64,000 bases of DNA from Guillardia theta CCMP2712 (Eukaryota; Protista; Cryptophyta): positions 531,238 through 595,237 of the forward strand of contig NW_005434669.1 of NCBI RefSeq assembly GCF_000315625.1, given 5' to 3'. Within the stretch, counting starts at the first letter, position 1. Every line of letters begins with the position of its first letter. Under the pieces are notes generated by a model. That model saw only the letters and a list, made by a program, of their open reading frames with translations, had not been told where the DNA came from and made no database searches. A program made the translations under genes and the position numbers. Below, in pieces: positions 62,100 through 64,000 of the stretch.

Positions 62100-64000
62100 T
62101 CAGAATTTTCGCTCCTCCTGCACGACATCAGGTAGGTAAGGACGGCGTTTGCGTCACCGTAGAGAAGAGCCTCCTTGGGGCTTTGAGTCAGGAAATGCAT
62201 AATGCGGGTGAAGTCGTTGACCTGCGAGCCTCAGCTGCTTCGACATGGCGGCGCGTCTCACCTGTTGCCACATCATCTCATCGAGCAAGGATGCACGCCT
62301 GAGAATGCTCCTGTGCAGATCCCACATGCGGACTTTCCTGTCTCCTCCTCCTCTCAGCCCTGGGCACCACACGCGGAGGCTGCAGCAGCAGGGTCAAGTG
62401 CAAGGAAAGCACGGAGGAGCAACCACCTGCTACATCGGCTCTTCCTCAGCAGGTCGATGGCATGGAGGCCAAGGATTGCGCTCAGACGCAGGGAGCATGC
62501 AAGGGAGGTGAACAGCGACACGTCCAGCTTCCGCTTCGTCAACATCGCACAACTAGACGAGAGGATCAAAGCCCCTCCCCCAGCAGCGGAGCCATCACCC
62601 GGCAAGGAAGCTGAGGGCTATGAGCGGTAGAGGGAGCATGCTTCCGTCCTCCTGCCCTCACATCACAAGCGATGCTCGACTTGTTTCATCTCACCACCCT
62701 CCTCGTACGTGATGACGCTATGACCTTGTGCTCGGTCAACCAGGCAAGAGCAAACGGCAAGGACGGGACTGACCACACAAGGGAGCACAGAGCAGGAGAG
62801 CCCGAAGCTGGAGAGACACTTGGACTTGACGGGGAGGGACGAGAACCACGGGTCTCTCTCTTCCATCATTAAGGATGTCCTCAGCCCCAGGACCGCCGCA
62901 TTGATCACCACGAGCCACCTCCTCAGCCTGCTCGCCTTCTCACACTTCACCACGTCCCGCTCCTCTCCCGTGTTCGATTCACCTCGCCGAATGACATCCT
63001 AGGTCAACAGCTCCTGCCTCTGACGACGCAGCAGCCACCTCCTCTCCTGGAGTGCAAGTCTCGTCAAGGATCAAGTCACTGGTGATCCCATCCACCTGAC
63101 GATCCAGTAGCTTCCGTTGCACTGCTGCTCTGCGGTACGTCAAGGACGTTCGTGAGGGTTCAGATCAAGTCACCTTCTTGCTGCGATCGTACATCTGCAA
63201 GGATGAGCTGACTCCTGCACACACGAGCAGCGTCGAAAGTCGAACGGTGAACGTGTGGGATTGCCGGAGAGAGCCAGCAAGCATGGACCAAGCAGCGATG
63301 GCGACACCATCCTGCAGGAGCTCAATGATGACAGCAAGAAATATGCCAATCTCACCGAGATCAAGACAGAAACGAGGGAGTTCTGAGTGAAATTGTGCAT
63401 CAAGGCAGATTCGTCACCATCAAGATTCCCTGCTGCTTCCTGCCGGCAGCATCATGGCAAGTCTTCAAGGAGGATGGAGGAAACCTCATCCCTGTGCGAC
63501 AGCGGCTCCACGATCCAGTAGCCCTGATGCACGTTCCATGAGGACTGGCAATCAAACTTCAGAATGAGCCGCACGCGACTGGATTGGTTACGACCACAGC
63601 CAGTCCGTCCTCCTCCTCTTGAGTGTAGCCGCTATTGTCATCAACGTATGGCATTGCTGCCATGGCAGGAAGCGATCGAAGCTGTCTTTGCTTCTCTTCG
63701 GCTCAACTTCCTCTCCTCCTCGACGCTACTTCGCTACAGCCTCCTCCCCCTCCACTCAGCATCAAAAGCGTCTTTACTACTACAACTACCCCACTCGGCT
63801 TTTTTTAATAACGAAAATGTAGGATTAGCTTTCTTGCTCCTGCTCCCGCTGCTGATCCCGGCCCACTGCACCTTCTCCTTGCTCCGTCCCGCCCTCTCCT
63901 TCTTTTCTCTCAGTGTAGCACTGCCAGATATCTAGGATGACGACTGGTAGGAGAGGACACGGGAGATTCCACAGTCAGTGGAGAATGGAGCGACGAGGTC
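62100..64000 (-). CDS. Probable WD40-repeat protein, partial (5' end beyond the window or uncertain)
   Basis: GGDRKVRMWDL and other beta-rich exon fragments on the minus strand. The exon structure was not fully resolved. Confidence 0.4.

Overview
Gene-dense eukaryotic nuclear DNA. It has many short (~40-55 nt) GT-AG introns, tightly packed alternating-strand genes and bipartite plastid presequences. This fits an alga with a secondary red plastid, most likely a cryptophyte such as Guillardia theta (inference, not a database match). About 25 protein genes can be rebuilt by splicing by eye, so their ends are approximate. Recognisable genes: KdsB, NSF, TM9SF, F-box/ARM-like, TruD/PUS7, RluA, collagen-like membrane protein, OXLD-like, NEMP, plastid transketolase, IDI-like NUDIX, C2 protein, KOBITO1-like glycosyltransferase, Mid1/FAM155-like, bestrophin-PDZ, mL54, Tudor-UBL-U-box-WW-pseudoPARP, Fn3-like and WD40. 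Most interesting: (1) a Mid1/FAM155-like channel auxiliary subunit, with a cysteine-rich domain split by a large insert containing a phage-like beta module, head-to-head (~170 bp) with a bestrophin-coiled coil-PDZ fusion; (2) two pseudouridine synthases of different families head-to-head 48 bp apart with different predicted targeting; (3) a scavenger-receptor-like collagen protein; (4) two recurring intergenic motif-cluster elements, some with strand-polarity switches. No CRISPR array, rRNA, full tRNA or intact transposase was found.
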